From Eledone cirrhosa (lineage: Eukaryota), in the NCBI GenBank assembly GCA_964016885.1, contig OZ024756.1, positions 5,270,001 through 5,334,000 on the forward strand: DNA of 64,000 nucleotides, written 5' to 3'. Under the pieces are notes generated by a model. That model had not been told where the DNA came from. It ran no database searches and saw nothing but the letters and a program-made list of their open reading frames with translations. The translations under genes were made by a program, and so were the position numbers. This document shows, one piece after another, positions 14,585-26,658 of this stretch. Within the stretch, counting starts at the first letter, position 1, and every line of letters starts with the position of its first letter.

Positions 14585-14904
14585 ATCGAACCAACATAAC
14601 ATAGCTTTAAATTAGGATACCTACTACCCACAGAAATATATTCATTAAGTATACTATATCCTTCACAAGTCTATACCACATAATTGTCTGTAAGTACCTC
14701 ATCTACCAACAAACTTATTCCTTCTCAGCTGCTGCAATCATTTGATCCTAAATCCTAGTTTTTCTCAAATCACTACTACAATGTAACTTCACCTTCTTTT
14801 TGCCATAATTACAATTAGCACGCTTATCTCTTTGCATGTATGTATATTTTTGAACGAGTGTATATCGATGTGTATGTATGTGTCTATGTACACATGCATG
14901 TGTA

Positions 14905-14973
<69 letters not shown>

Positions 14974-15374
14974 ATGCGTGTGTGTGTGTGCGTAAATATA
15001 TGCGTATATTACTTCGTTAACCTCTGTATTAACTCAACAACTATTTAACTTTGACAGTGTTGTCCCACTCATGTATACTATTGAAGATGAAGAGAAAGAT
15101 TGTAAACACTAGCTTATCTTTAAAATTTAAAATTGACATACACTTCGATACTCTGTACATGCCAAACGCTTTCTTTTGCCTCATGACAGCTAGTTTTACA
15201 CGCCGTAACGTTAGATACATTATATACCCCCCACCTAAGTAATGTTAGGGTCTCCTTGAATAATTTATTAATAACATTGTTGTAATTGTTGTTATTGTTC
15301 TAATTGAATGCCATTACTACTTCATATAGTAGCCTGTATATTCTTTTCTTGCCTGTGTATTTTCTTCATGCTCG

Positions 15375-15487
15375 CATGCTCCGAAGATCTGACTGGTTAT
15401 AATTTTGTATTGGCGATCGAGTAACGCGAAAATAAGCGAATAGCGATCTCTAGACCTACCAGCTCAGTGAAACAAATGTAAGCTATG
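15375..15487 (+). ncRNA. Type I hammerhead ribozyme with CCGAAGA core and long stem II insert
   Basis: catgct CCGAAGA t ctgactggt...accagctcag t GAAA caaatg TA agctatg. Confidence 0.65.
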
Positions 15488-15720
15488 TGATTAAACCTTT
15501 TTTGTATAGCAAACCATGTCAACCTTCTTTCCTGATTGATTATTACTCCAAGTGTTTACAACATAGGAATTACGGCATACCCGCAGCATCACTATGAAAA
15601 CGCCTTGTTGAGTCAAACCAAGCCAAGCGTTAATATCATCCACTACCTGGAATACCATAACTGGACTTTACCTAAGTGGACTGCATTTAACTATTATTTG
15701 TTACCCCGTATATATATACA

Positions 15721-15773
<53 letters not shown>

Positions 15774-15974
15774 TGCTTTACTTGGGTAGGGTCATATTTG
15801 TGTAATATTGCCAGAATTAATAACAGAACACACTCACTGTTTGGTTGGTTTTCGCTTCTCGATGTCTTTTATATCGGTAATCTAACTTACTCGGTCCTCA
15901 ATGTTGCCATTGACTGACCGACGGTCAAAAGATAATACAGATACAATATAGACACAAACACATATATATAGTTT

Positions 15975-16018
15975 ATCATAAATCTTTCGTTGCAGATCTG
16001 CAACATCGTCAGTGGTGT
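15975..16018 (-). ncRNA. Hammerhead core with decayed stem I, in a PLE 3' remnant (~15775..16495)
   Basis: CTGACGA t gttgcag at ctgcaac GAAA gatt; stem I pairs poorly. Confidence 0.45.
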
Positions 16019-16492
16019 TATATTTTCCTCCTGTTGTGTTGTATGTCTACGCCATTTTTATTCAGTATGTCTATATATTTATTTATATATTTACTTGTTT
16101 GTTTATTTTATTTTGTTTTCTTTGCGCATGCGTTTGCGTGTGTGTATAGTGTTATGTTTGTTGTGTGATGGGTGACTAGTGTGTGTTTATGTGCTTGTTG
16201 TTATTGTGCTTGTGTATATTTATTTATTTATTTGTCTTATTTTATTTACTTATTTATACTTCTCTTAGGTCAGTGTTGTTTGTTTGGCTGTTGTTGTTAT
16301 TCCATTCATTCTTTCTGTTTAGCTTTGGTCTTCTAATTTCTATTTCACTGGCCTCTCTGATTTGCCTATCTGCTGGGTCATTTCTATGTTTAGATATTAT
16401 TCTAATTTCTATGTTGTCTATGTTACCGTCATGTTGTTGTCTAGCATGTTCGTTTTGTTTCCACACACGATTTCATATAAAAAACCTCGCAA

Positions 16493-16980
<488 letters not shown>

Positions 16981-17149
16981 ATAGATAGGTAAATATACAC
17001 GGGTGTGTATGATTGTGTATAGAAGATTATATTAATAAGAGGAATTCCAACTTTGTCTGATTTACTCGTTTTATTTACAATCCTTTAAAATATATATAAT
17101 GGTATTATAATGAAATAGTATGATAGAATATTAAATTCTAAGTGTTAAT

Positions 17150-17188
17150 TGAACAAGTACTTTCATGCTTTCGCAATCTTCAGGTTCA
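17150..17188 (-). ncRNA. Minimal type I hammerhead ribozyme
   Basis: tgaac CTGAAGA ttgc gaaa gcat GAAA gtac TT gttca; palindromic stem III typical of dimer-cleaving PLE HHRs. Confidence 0.8.
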
Positions 17189-17563
17189 TGATATGTGGTG
17201 ACAGTCGAGTTTGCAATTTTCAACTGTAATGAGATGGGTAAATTTCCTACCTTTTATACATTTTATACAGAGAAAAGTGGCTCCAGAATGCAAAGCCCTG
17301 TAAACTGTATTTCGACCAATCAGTGTGTAGTTTCACTGAATTACTACAGCTGATTGGTTTAAGCGTCACGGCTGGTTGAGCATGCTAACGACCAATAGTC
17401 ATATCCAACGTATCAATTGTTTTGCTTTTTTGAAATGATGAAAATAGCATTTTCTATTAATCATCACCATCAACATCACTTTTATTATTATTATTATTGT
17501 TGTTGTTGTTGTTGTTAGTGGTCGTGGTCATAGTGGTAGTAGAAGTAATACCCCTAGGCGTTA

Positions 17564-19750
17564 TTATTGTTCATTTAGCTTGGGTTTGAATTTATCAATA
17601 AAATTCTTTTCTTTGATTTTTCTCTTGATTTCATTTGGGCTGTGTAATTTGTAGAATGGGAATATTATAAATATTCCCTGACCACATGTTGCCAGGTGGC
17701 CGCTTAGGGGTATCTGACGGACATTTGGGTCTCTGATTTGTTGACGGTGTACCCGTGCACGTTCCGATAGTGCATTTCCAGTTTGACCGACATATAGTTC
17801 TTCACAATTCGGGCATTTAATGCAGTAAATTAGATTTCTGCTTTTGCAGTTCATATTTGCATTTGTGAATATTTTTCCAGTTTTTGTTTTCATATATTGA
17901 CCGGCGTGTATGGATTGACATGTGCCGCATCGATTATCATTGCATTTAGATACAGTGAATGATTGGTCTTTGTTGTTAAGGTCAAACTTTGCTTTTGTTA
18001 GCAATTGCTTCAAATTTTTTGGCTGTCTTTTACTAAGAGTCAAAGATCGATCTGTGATTAAGCTTTTTAATTCATTACTTTGAGCAATGATCGGTAGGTT
18101 TGCTTTGGCAGTGTTGAAGATATTCTGGTGACATGGGTTGTGTGTCATTATAAATGGTATGACCAGTTCTTGGTTTCTTCTTCTTTGGGTTGTTCTAAGT
18201 TGTTGTATAGGTATTTTTATAGCCCGCTGTATGCCATTTTCTATAAGTAGAGATGGGTATTTTTGTTTGAGCAAAAATTCTCTTAGTTCTGTTAGGCGTT
18301 TGTACCTGGTATTCGTATCTTCTACAATGGTACAAATTCTTCTGGCTAGGCAGTATGGGATGTTGCGTTTTGTATGAGGTGGATGGCACGACTTAAAATT
18401 CAGATATTGATGGGTGTCTGTGTGTTTATAATATATATCCGTGGTAATGGTGGTGTCGTTTTTGATTATCATTATATCTAGGAATGGTAATTTGGTCCTA
18501 CTCATCTCTTTTGTGAATTGGAGAGATGGGTGTAGGTTATTCAGGAAGATATTGAACTCATCCAGAGTATCTAGAGATTCTGTCCAGATGATGAAACAGT
18601 CGTCAAGGTATCTCTTCCAAGATTTTTCAATGTACTTTCTAAAGTCAGTACTATATTTTTCCTCTATTTCTTGGTAGAGTTGTTGTTCTAAGTATCCCAT
18701 TACAGAGTTCGCGTAAACGGGAGCAAACTTCGTTCCCATCGCTGTGCCTCTAATTTGGATGTAATTCTTTCCATTGAAGAAGAAAGTGTTGTTTTCCAGA
18801 ATAAGTTTAACTGCGTCTAATATAAATGGCGCTGTGAATCTAATGGGAATCACTTCTCTATGTTTTTCCACCCAGTATTTAACCGCCTTTATTCCTAAAT
18901 CATGTGTAATGTTGGTGTAAAGGCTTACCACATCAAAACTGAGTAGAAGTGAATTCGTTTCCGTGGTTTTGGGAAGATGGGACAGGAAGTCGATATCATC
19001 CCGGATGAAACTGGGTATGTGAATACATAGTGGTTTCAAAATAATGTCAACAAAATTGCTTAGACGGTGAGTGGGGCATGTTGGACCAGCTATAATAGGT
19101 CTAAGTTTTAAGTCTTTTGGGTGTAATAATTTAATGTACTCACTGTTTTGTTCTCTTACTGCCAGTTGTATTTCTTTTGACTTGTGAACTTTCGGTAGGC
19201 CATACAGGTTGCTGGGTTTCGGCTCAAAATTGGTGATGTAGTCTCTTTCCTTATCAGTAAATGAGTTGTGGTATTTTGAAGCCAGGTTGTTGATCTTCTT
19301 CATGATGTTGTGGTCTGTATTTGACGGTATTTCATGATAGAATGTTGTGTCTTTCAGTTGTTCCTCAACCAAATCCTTGTAGTATTCAGTATCCATTATA
19401 ACAACTGCACCCCCTTTATCTGCTTGTTTAATTATTATTGTTTTATCATTTTGTATACGTTTAAGTGCAGACATTTCTGATTTGTTAATGTTTGGCCTAA
19501 CATTAGTATTATGTCTAAGAGGAAATTTAGACAGGATGTCAATGTATTGGTCGAGATAGATATTTCTTCCTTTTGGCGGAGTGAAATTTGATTTATTCTT
19601 TACTAGTGATTCATCACTCTCATTATTTTTATCAGCGAAGAATTCTACAAGACGTAATTTTCGACAGAATTCTTGGGTATCCTCCTTCAGTTCTTGGTGG
19701 TTGACTGTTGGAGTCGGTGTGAATTTCAGTCCTTTTGACAGAATTTGCAT
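17564..19750 (-). CDS. PLE reverse transcriptase + GIY-YIG endonuclease (frame open from 19891)
   Basis: KGLKFTP, ADKGGAVV, YGLPKVHK, RPII, FDVVSLYTNI, GTAMGT, RYLDD, LPFLD, SCHPPH; Neptune-type CxxxRCxxC linker; LIYCIKC...YVGQT. Confidence 0.95.
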   Translation of the reverse strand: MQILSKGLKFTPTPTVNHQELKEDTQEFCRKLRLVEFFADKNNESDESLVKNKSNFTPPKGRNIYLDQYIDILSKFPLRHNTNVRPNINKSEMSALKRIQNDKTIIIKQADKGGAVVIMDTEYYKDLVEEQLKDTTFYHEIPSNTDHNIMKKINNLASKYHNSFTDKERDYITNFEPKPSNLYGLPKVHKSKEIQLAVREQNSEYIKLLHPKDLKLRPIIAGPTCPTHRLSNFVDIILKPLCIHIPSFIRDDIDFLSHLPKTTETNSLLLSFDVVSLYTNITHDLGIKAVKYWVEKHREVIPIRFTAPFILDAVKLILENNTFFFNGKNYIQIRGTAMGTKFAPVYANSVMGYLEQQLYQEIEEKYSTDFRKYIEKSWKRYLDDCFIIWTESLDTLDEFNIFLNNLHPSLQFTKEMSRTKLPFLDIMIIKNDTTITTDIYYKHTDTHQYLNFKSCHPPHTKRNIPYCLARRICTIVEDTNTRYKRLTELREFLLKQKYPSLLIENGIQRAIKIPIQQLRTTQRRRNQELVIPFIMTHNPCHQNIFNTAKANLPIIAQSNELKSLITDRSLTLSKRQPKNLKQLLTKAKFDLNNKDQSFTVSKCNDNRCGTCQSIHAGQYMKTKTGKIFTNANMNCKSRNLIYCIKCPNCEELYVGQTGNALSERARVHRQQIRDPNVRQIPLSGHLATCGQGIFIIFPFYKLHSPNEIKRKIKEKNFIDKFKPKLNEQ

Positions 19751-19797
19751 TTCATCATTGTCAAGATCTCTTTTAGATAAATTAATTATTTTAGGAT

Positions 19798-20433
19798 CTA
19801 CGTGTACAGCTGTTTTGGGTATGTTTCCTCCTGGAGTTTTTCTTTTTCCGGTTTTTGTTGTCCTGACGTTAAAAAATGAATTTTTCTCTGTTCAGGATTT
19901 ATATTCCTGTTGGTGTTCGCTTGATGAACTTTTGGTCGTGATATTATATTTGGTTTCGTTATGTATTTTGTCCTATTTTTGGTATTCTGTATATTATTTT
20001 TCTTCCTGTTAGCATTATTTTTAACAATCTGGGAAAATGACCTAGGTTTGCTTTCAGGTTTAGATCGTTTTTTCGTCCAGTTTCTTGTGGGCAATCTCTG
20101 TTGAGATCTTGAGAGTGATCTGGTTATTCTACGTTTTGTTTCCACATTCCTTGTTGGTAGTCTCTGTTGAGATCTTGAGAATGATCTCCTGGTTTTACTA
20201 CTTCTCATGGTCTGGTCAAAGGAATACCTATCGTGTTTGTGCTTTTTGTTCATGTTGTGTGCGATAGGGTGTTTTTGTAGAAAAAGCGAAGAGTTATTAC
20301 CGTAGTTCTTCTTTGATTCAAGGTAAGGTGAGTGTTTGTGTTGGCACGTGTTCTGGCGTATGTTGTGTTGATGAGATTGTCCACTTTTAATGCTTTTTCT
20401 CAGGGTTCCAGAGTCTTTACCGTAATTTGCAGC
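19798..20433 (-). CDS. Basic, repetitive upstream ORF of the PLE (open back to the 5' truncation)
   Basis: K/R-rich, duplicated [11 protein letters not shown]; overlaps the RT frame, joined by a -1 shift at H-F-L. Confidence 0.55.
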   Translation of the reverse strand, partial: AANYGKDSGTLRKSIKSGQSHQHNIRQNTCQHKHSPYLESKKNYGNNSSLFLQKHPIAHNMNKKHKHDRYSFDQTMRSSKTRRSFSRSQQRLPTRNVETKRRITRSLSRSQQRLPTRNWTKKRSKPESKPRSFSQIVKNNANRKKNNIQNTKNRTKYITKPNIISRPKVHQANTNRNINPEQRKIHFLTSGQQKPEKEKLQEETYPKQLYT

Positions 20434-20484
20434 ATATGTGGAAACAAAACGTAGAATAACCAGATCACTCTCAAGATCTCACAC

Positions 20485-20515
<31 letters not shown>

Positions 20516-20528
20516 TATATATATACAC

Positions 20529-20563
<35 letters not shown>

Positions 20564-20634
20564 TATATATATATGCACACACACATATATATATATATAT
20601 ACACACATATATATATATACACATATATATATAC

Positions 20635-20701
<67 letters not shown>

Positions 20702-20742
20702 TATATACACATATATATATATATATACACATATATATATAT

Positions 20743-20783
<41 letters not shown>

Positions 20784-20926
20784 TATATATATATATAAAC
20801 AATTGTTCTCGGTATGGTGAACTAACTGTTGTGTAACCACTTCTACCTAACTCGTCCCATGGACTCAGTGCTCTACCACTACGGATATTACCTTCCAGTG
20901 TTCCACCACTATATATATATATATAC

Positions 20927-22400
20927 AAAAGTTTTATTTAAAATTGTTGGGTTACAACGAGTAAATATTTTATAACTGATATAAAAGCACTCAACAGTTT
21001 TTGGAGTAGGTTTACGATATTAAACAAATGGAAACTATATTTATAAAACCATATTTATTTCATTATATATATTTCTGGGATATCATATTAAAAATATGGT
21101 ATGCCTTCCTCAGACAAAATACAATATATAAGCCGTTTTATAAATAAATTTGACATTCCTTAAAATAATGCAACTTCCATTTAAAAATGTATTTGGTAGT
21201 GAAACTGTTAAGGACAGTTATAAAGAAAGACGAAGAAAAACGAAGAGAAAAAAAAACGAAGAGAAAAAAGAAGGAAAGTGTATAGTGCTAAGGACGAAGA
21301 GAAGAAGAAAGAGAGTGTATAGTGCTAAGGACAGTTAGAGAAGAAGATGAAGAGATGTATGTAAAGAAAAACAACAGAGCGAGATAGAGAGAGAAGGAGA
21401 TATGGGAGAGAGAAATATATTGAGGAAGTGAAAAATGGTAGGCAGCTTGGGGACAGATGATCAGCGTACAAGTGAGAGGTTAAGGAGGGAAGGGATACAG
21501 TTAAAACAGCCGACGTATAAATCCCGTCAAGAGTAGAGGAGAAAAAGAAAGAAAAATGATATATTTAAAATATTATGTCTCATCCATTTGAATTATCAAT
21601 TTTTATGAATTAGGTATTATAATGTAAATATCAATATTCATGAATGAGACACATATCCATAATGTGTGAAAAAATGAAAAAATAATGACCCCATGTTTAG
21701 TTTAAAAAATTCTTAGGTTTATAAGCAAAATCTGAGATAAAACTTCAAAAATACATAAGTATATATGCATTTTCATGAAAAAAGGAAAAAGAGAAAAGAG
21801 AAGGTTATCTCAAATTCAAGTTGACGATTATAGACACACATGTGAACTTACGTGATATGCTCCGCAAATTCTTATTTTTCATGAAAATCTTCATTGCGTT
21901 ACAAAAGATTCCACCATACATATATATATATATAGACATAAAATATACATTAATATTAATAGTAATATTCCTGCCCTCACTTACATGATTATCGTTCAAG
22001 CATAGAATAGACAACAGATATCAATATATTAAAAATTAAAAACGCCAAGAATATCTTCGTCACTCCCCAGAGTATCTAGGGACGTAAGAGAACATAGTAT
22101 GCCACGCATATCAATCACATAAAACCACCCTTCCAATTTATTTGACAATATATTGTCAAGTTCATTAGAAGCAATCAGAATCAAAAGCAAACAAAAACCA
22201 AAATTGTTCAACAAAACTTATTTAGCAGAAATCATTCAAAAACTTATTCTACAAATGCTCTTATATTTATTATAGAAGTTTATCTAGATTAAAAATTTAT
22301 ATATATATATTATTTTCGGCTGGAAGGAACTTGACAACAATATTAAGCGTTGCTTTTCTCTTTTTTTTTTTATCGAAAACCGTTTTAACAAAACACAAGC
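20927..22400 (-). mobile_element. Degenerate PLE, same family as 4294..5900
   Basis: 20927..21140 resembles 4298..4510; interior homologous to 4680..5290. Confidence 0.7.
21057..21120 (-). ncRNA. Type I hammerhead ribozyme
   Basis: CTGAGGA...GAAA tatatat A, homologous to 5794..5857. Confidence 0.6.
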
Positions 22401-22402
22401 CA

Positions 22403-22453
<51 letters not shown>

Positions 22454-22670
22454 CACACACACGCACACATATATATATATATTTAATACAATAACAGAGA
22501 AAGCTTTAAGCTAAACTCCGACTGGTAACCATCTCACTCAACAAACATTAGGTTATACGTTATATATATATATATATACGTTATATACGTTATTCCGGGT
22601 TGAATCGGAGGTAACCACAGTAAGTAAGGTACTCAATACATAGCAGAGTATAAAGGTTTTAATATAGATG

Positions 22671-22721
22671 AGATTCTACAGGACTAGAACTGTTTCATTC
22701 ATTAGAAATCATCAGGAATCT
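22671..22721 (-). ncRNA. Type I hammerhead ribozyme in a pLTR remnant (~22567..22741)
   Basis: agattc CTGATGA tttc taat gaat GAAA cag ttctagtc ctg TA gaatct. Confidence 0.8.
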
Positions 22722-22741
22722 GGCTATCAAAAAATAATTTT

Positions 22742-22772
<31 letters not shown>

Positions 22773-22869
22773 ATGTATATATGTGTATGTATATATATAT
22801 ATATATATATATTTGTATACGTATGTGTGTGTATATATATGTGTATGTATGTATGTGTGTATGTGTGTA

Positions 22870-22950
<81 letters not shown>

Positions 22951-23207
22951 ATATGTATATATATATATATATGTGTGTGTATATGTGTCTGTGTATATGT
23001 ATGTATATATGTCTATATGTATTTGTGTGTATATGTATACACATGTATATTTGTGTTTGTATGTAGGTGTGTGAGTGTATTTATATGTGTATATACGTGC
23101 GTGTGTGTGTATGTATGTGTATGTGTGTGTGTGTATGTGTATATATATGTGTGTGTGTGTATATATATATATATATACTTATATATATATATATATATAT
23201 ATAAAAT

Positions 23208-24330
23208 ACGTATTTAAGAAAGCCACAACAATGCAAAGGGAAATCTCGAGGTAGGAAGTGAAATATAGATAGGAAAAACAGGTGAAAGTGAAAATTGAGA
23301 GAGACAAAGATGAAAACAAAACAAAGGTAGAAGGGTTACCGTAGTAGAGATTTAATCCCAATATTTCGGGCTCACGCCCATCAACAGGGGAAAAGTTCCA
23401 AAAGGGGGGAACAGGCTAAGCGGAGAAAGTTGTGATGTCGTTAAGACAGGAATGCCGTTATGGGGAGGAAAATATTTAAAATTTAAACGAGGGAAAGAAT
23501 GCGCGTGCGCGTGATAGGCTGTGGCAAAAGCTACTGACCAAATGGGTTAAATCAAGAGGGTGCGTTAGCGTGTGAAAGCCGTAAGATATGTGTATGTAGA
23601 TATATATATGTGTGTGTAACTGTGTGTGTATAAGTGTAAGTGTGTATATGTGTGAGTGTGTGTGTGCGTGAAAGATAGTGGGCTGTAGAAGTTGGAAATC
23701 AAAGGGTGTGAAAGGTGGTAGGTTGTAAAATATGTGTGCGTGTATAAATATAGATGTGTGTGTGTAAGCGTATGGGTATACATGTGTGTGTAACTGTGTG
23801 TGTATATGTGTGAGTGCGTTTGTGTGTGAAAGATAGTGGGCTGTAGAAGCTGGAAATCAAAGGGTGTGAAAGGTGGTAGGTTGTAAAAACATGTGTGCGT
23901 GTATAAATATAGATGTGTGTGTGTATGCGTATGGGTATGCATATACGTGCGTGTGTGTGAAGATAGCAGGCCGTAGGCTGTAAATGGTCATTATGGTTAA
24001 GTTAGCCATGTCTGCTCATTTCTCTCAGCCCGGTTGTTAAGTGGGGGTCTGAGGTTCTTAATAACAAGTGCTTCCTTTATCCTTAAGGATCCGATGCTGC
24101 GTTCAGTCGCTAGGACTGTGACCAAGGGTCTACCCTGTGGGTTTCCGCATTTAAGGATGTGTTTACGGAAGGAAGATGCGTTGGTGTTGATATGTTCCTT
24201 GATACGAACATGTAGGGATCGGATGGTGCTACCTATGTAAAACTTGTTACATTTATCGCATTGAATTTTATATACGACATAGGTGCGTAGGCAATCTGCC
24301 CCCCGTATCGGGCAGTTATCACTGACCAAT
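23208..24330 (-). mobile_element. 5'-truncated PLE (Nematis-like): GIY-YIG domain + 3' UTR/pLTR
   Basis: CPI...C...VVYKIQCDKCNKFYIGSTIRSLHVRIKEH...IKEALVIKNLRPPLN (23997..24330). Confidence 0.8.
23356..23391 (-). ncRNA. Variant hammerhead (core CTGTTGA)
   Basis: tccc CTGTTGA t gggc gtga gccc GAAA ta TT ggga. Confidence 0.55.
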
Positions 24331-24409
24331 GACCTGCACCCATCCAACTCCCCACCCTCTCCTACCACTTGTAGAGACCTATAAATACCATTTTTATTTT
24401 TTGATACCC

Positions 24410-24460
24410 AGATTCCTGATGATTTCTAATGAATGAAACAGTTCTAGTCCTGTAGAATCT
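24410..24460 (+). ncRNA. Type I hammerhead ribozyme (same as 22671..22721, opposite strand)
   Basis: agattc CTGATGA tttctaatgaat GAAA cagttctagtcctg TA gaatct. Confidence 0.8.
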
Positions 24461-24702
24461 CATCTATATTATACGTTATATATATATATATATAGATAGA
24501 TTTTGAGTATATGTTGGTTGTATACCAACACCTAAGTATGCAAGCTGGAGCACTCGACGAGGTGCGCAGGTTGGTTTGGAACCATATATGATTCCAGTTC
24601 CTCAGTGAAATAACAACCCAACCAGGAACTGGGCATATCAGAGTATTGACAAAATTATACACCTCAACAACATATGTACTTGTCTATACCACACTAATTC
24701 AA

Positions 24703-24757
24703 ACTGCCTGAAGAGGTCACAGCCAAAGATGGCTGTCACCGAAATATATATAGCAGT
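24703..24757 (+). ncRNA. Type I hammerhead ribozyme in a pLTR remnant (~24500..24810)
   Basis: actgc CTGAAGA ggtcacagcc aaagat ggctgtcacc GAAA tatata TA gcagt. Confidence 0.85.
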
Positions 24758-24835
24758 AATAAACGAAGCTAAATTTTAAACATTTGACTTATTTATTTTA
24801 CTTTATTTTATATATATATATATATATATATATGT

Positions 24836-24955
24836 ATAGGAACCAGTAAGACCGCGACGGCCGAGCTCAAGCCGTTTCGACGGCTAAATCTAGCCGTCTA
24901 GAATCAGCCGTCGAAACGGTTTGAGCTCAGCCGTCGGGGTCTTACTGGTTCCTAT
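24836..24955. repeat. GC-rich 120-bp fold-back palindrome
   Basis: ataggaaccagtaagacc...ggtcttactggttcctat, arms of ~50 bp with few mismatches. Confidence 0.9.
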
Positions 24956-25049
24956 TACCCACTCTACTACCCTAAGTATTAAGTACTTTGGTGTCTTATG
25001 GTCCACCTGGTTCCTTACCACATTTCCTTCGTTATATATATATATATAA

Positions 25050-25240
25050 AGCGGTGGATTGGCAGTATTGGTAGAGGGTCGGACGCCATGCTTTGACGCA
25101 TAGAGTTACGGCCCTTGCCATTCTGAGTTCAAATCCCGCCGAGGTTAACTTTGCCTTTCATCCTTACGGGGTCGATAAAATAAAGTACCAGTAATACACT
25201 GGGTTTTTGCTGGCCTTGTGCCTAACGTAGAAACAGTTAT
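25050..25240 (+). mobile_element. Nin-type SINE (subfamily A)
   Basis: Highly similar to 117..311. Confidence 0.85.
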
Positions 25241-25369
25241 ATATATATATATATATTCCCTCATAACGCTAAATCGTCTCGTGGTATTGGCAATTAGACA
25301 ATTAAAATCAATTTAAGTGATTTTCTTTTCAAACAATCTTCTAGTTCTATTTTGAATCCAATTTTCTAG

Positions 25370-25456
25370 GATCGGTATTGAATCTCTGATGGTGCCAAGT
25401 TGCAAATTGAAGAATAAAAGAATTGAATTTGGGAGAATGCAATGTGAACAGAAACA
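25370..25456 (+). other. Candidate spliced exon (87 nt)
   Basis: ttttctAG acceptor, GTAAGT donor, single open frame IGIESLMVPSCKLKNKRIEFGRMQCEQK. Confidence 0.35.
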
Positions 25457-25643
25457 GTAAGTTTTAATTTGCCACTAATTTCCTTTTAATGATTTTACGA
25501 ATAATTATTACCAACTAATTATAGATGTAAAATCGGCCGAAATCATTTATATTCAACATTCGGTGTAATTCTGTGTATAGCGATGTACTGACAGATGTGT
25601 GTGTGTGCTTGCATACGGTTACGTATATGTGCTGGTTGGAGTC

Positions 25644-25683
<40 letters not shown>

Positions 25684-25794
25684 TATATATATATATATAT
25701 ATATATAAATATGCGCCACATACACTCACACACACATGCATATATATATGTGTGCATCTATATATATGTATATATATATATGTATGCTTATATA

Positions 25795-25846
<52 letters not shown>

Positions 25847-25849
25847 CCA

Positions 25850-25880
<31 letters not shown>

Positions 25881-26462
25881 AGTATATATGTATATATATA
25901 TATATATGTATATAAGTATATATGTATATATGTATATATATGTATATGTGTGCATATATATATGTATATATTATATATATATGTGAGTGTGTGTGTATGC
26001 ATGTATGTTGTTTGTATAGTTTTTTTGGGAGGTGAGAGTGTGTTTGGTTCATTAATATTACAGACAATGCAATCACAGAATTCTGAAAAGTTGCAATCTT
26101 CATTGATAAGATTGCTGAATGAACGGACGTCTCTGAGATTTAGAGCCAACATGCTGCTATTTTAATATCAACCAACGTTTCTTCATTACATCTTTATTTT
26201 GCTTCTAGCAATGATATCAGTTCCTTACTTTGATAAGGTCCCTGATATTTTCTCTTTATTTATCAGCCATATATTTGACCAGTTAATATAACACCAAGAC
26301 ATAAGAATCAGGCTTAATGATTATACACCCTACTTAATCTAGTTTATGTATTGTAATCTTGTTTTGCTCAATGAAGCTCTGTGTTTCCTATCCTCTGCTT
26401 TATTTGTATATGTTTCACTGAACGTATTTCACACGTTACTCTGTTTCTATGTGGATTTTATA

Positions 26463-26658
26463 TAATAATAATTGTTTCTTCTTTTGGCACAAGGTCAGCA
26501 ATTACCCAGTACGTTACTGGTACTTTATTTTATCGACCCCGTAAGGATGAAACGCAAAGTTAACCTCGACGGGATTTGAACTCAGACCGTAAAGGGACGT
26601 AACTATGCTAGAAAGCATGGCGTCCAACCCTCTACCGATACTGCCAATTCCCCGCCCT
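26463..26658 (-). mobile_element. Nin-type SINE (subfamily B)
   Basis: Reverse complement of the SINE consensus. Confidence 0.85.

Larger units (their letters stand above)
16988..20480 (-). mobile_element. Neptune-like PLE, 5' truncated with a short 5' inversion
   Basis: Intact RT-GIY-YIG ORF, 3' pLTR with HHR; 20436..20481 is an inverted copy of ~20102..20147. Confidence 0.9.
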
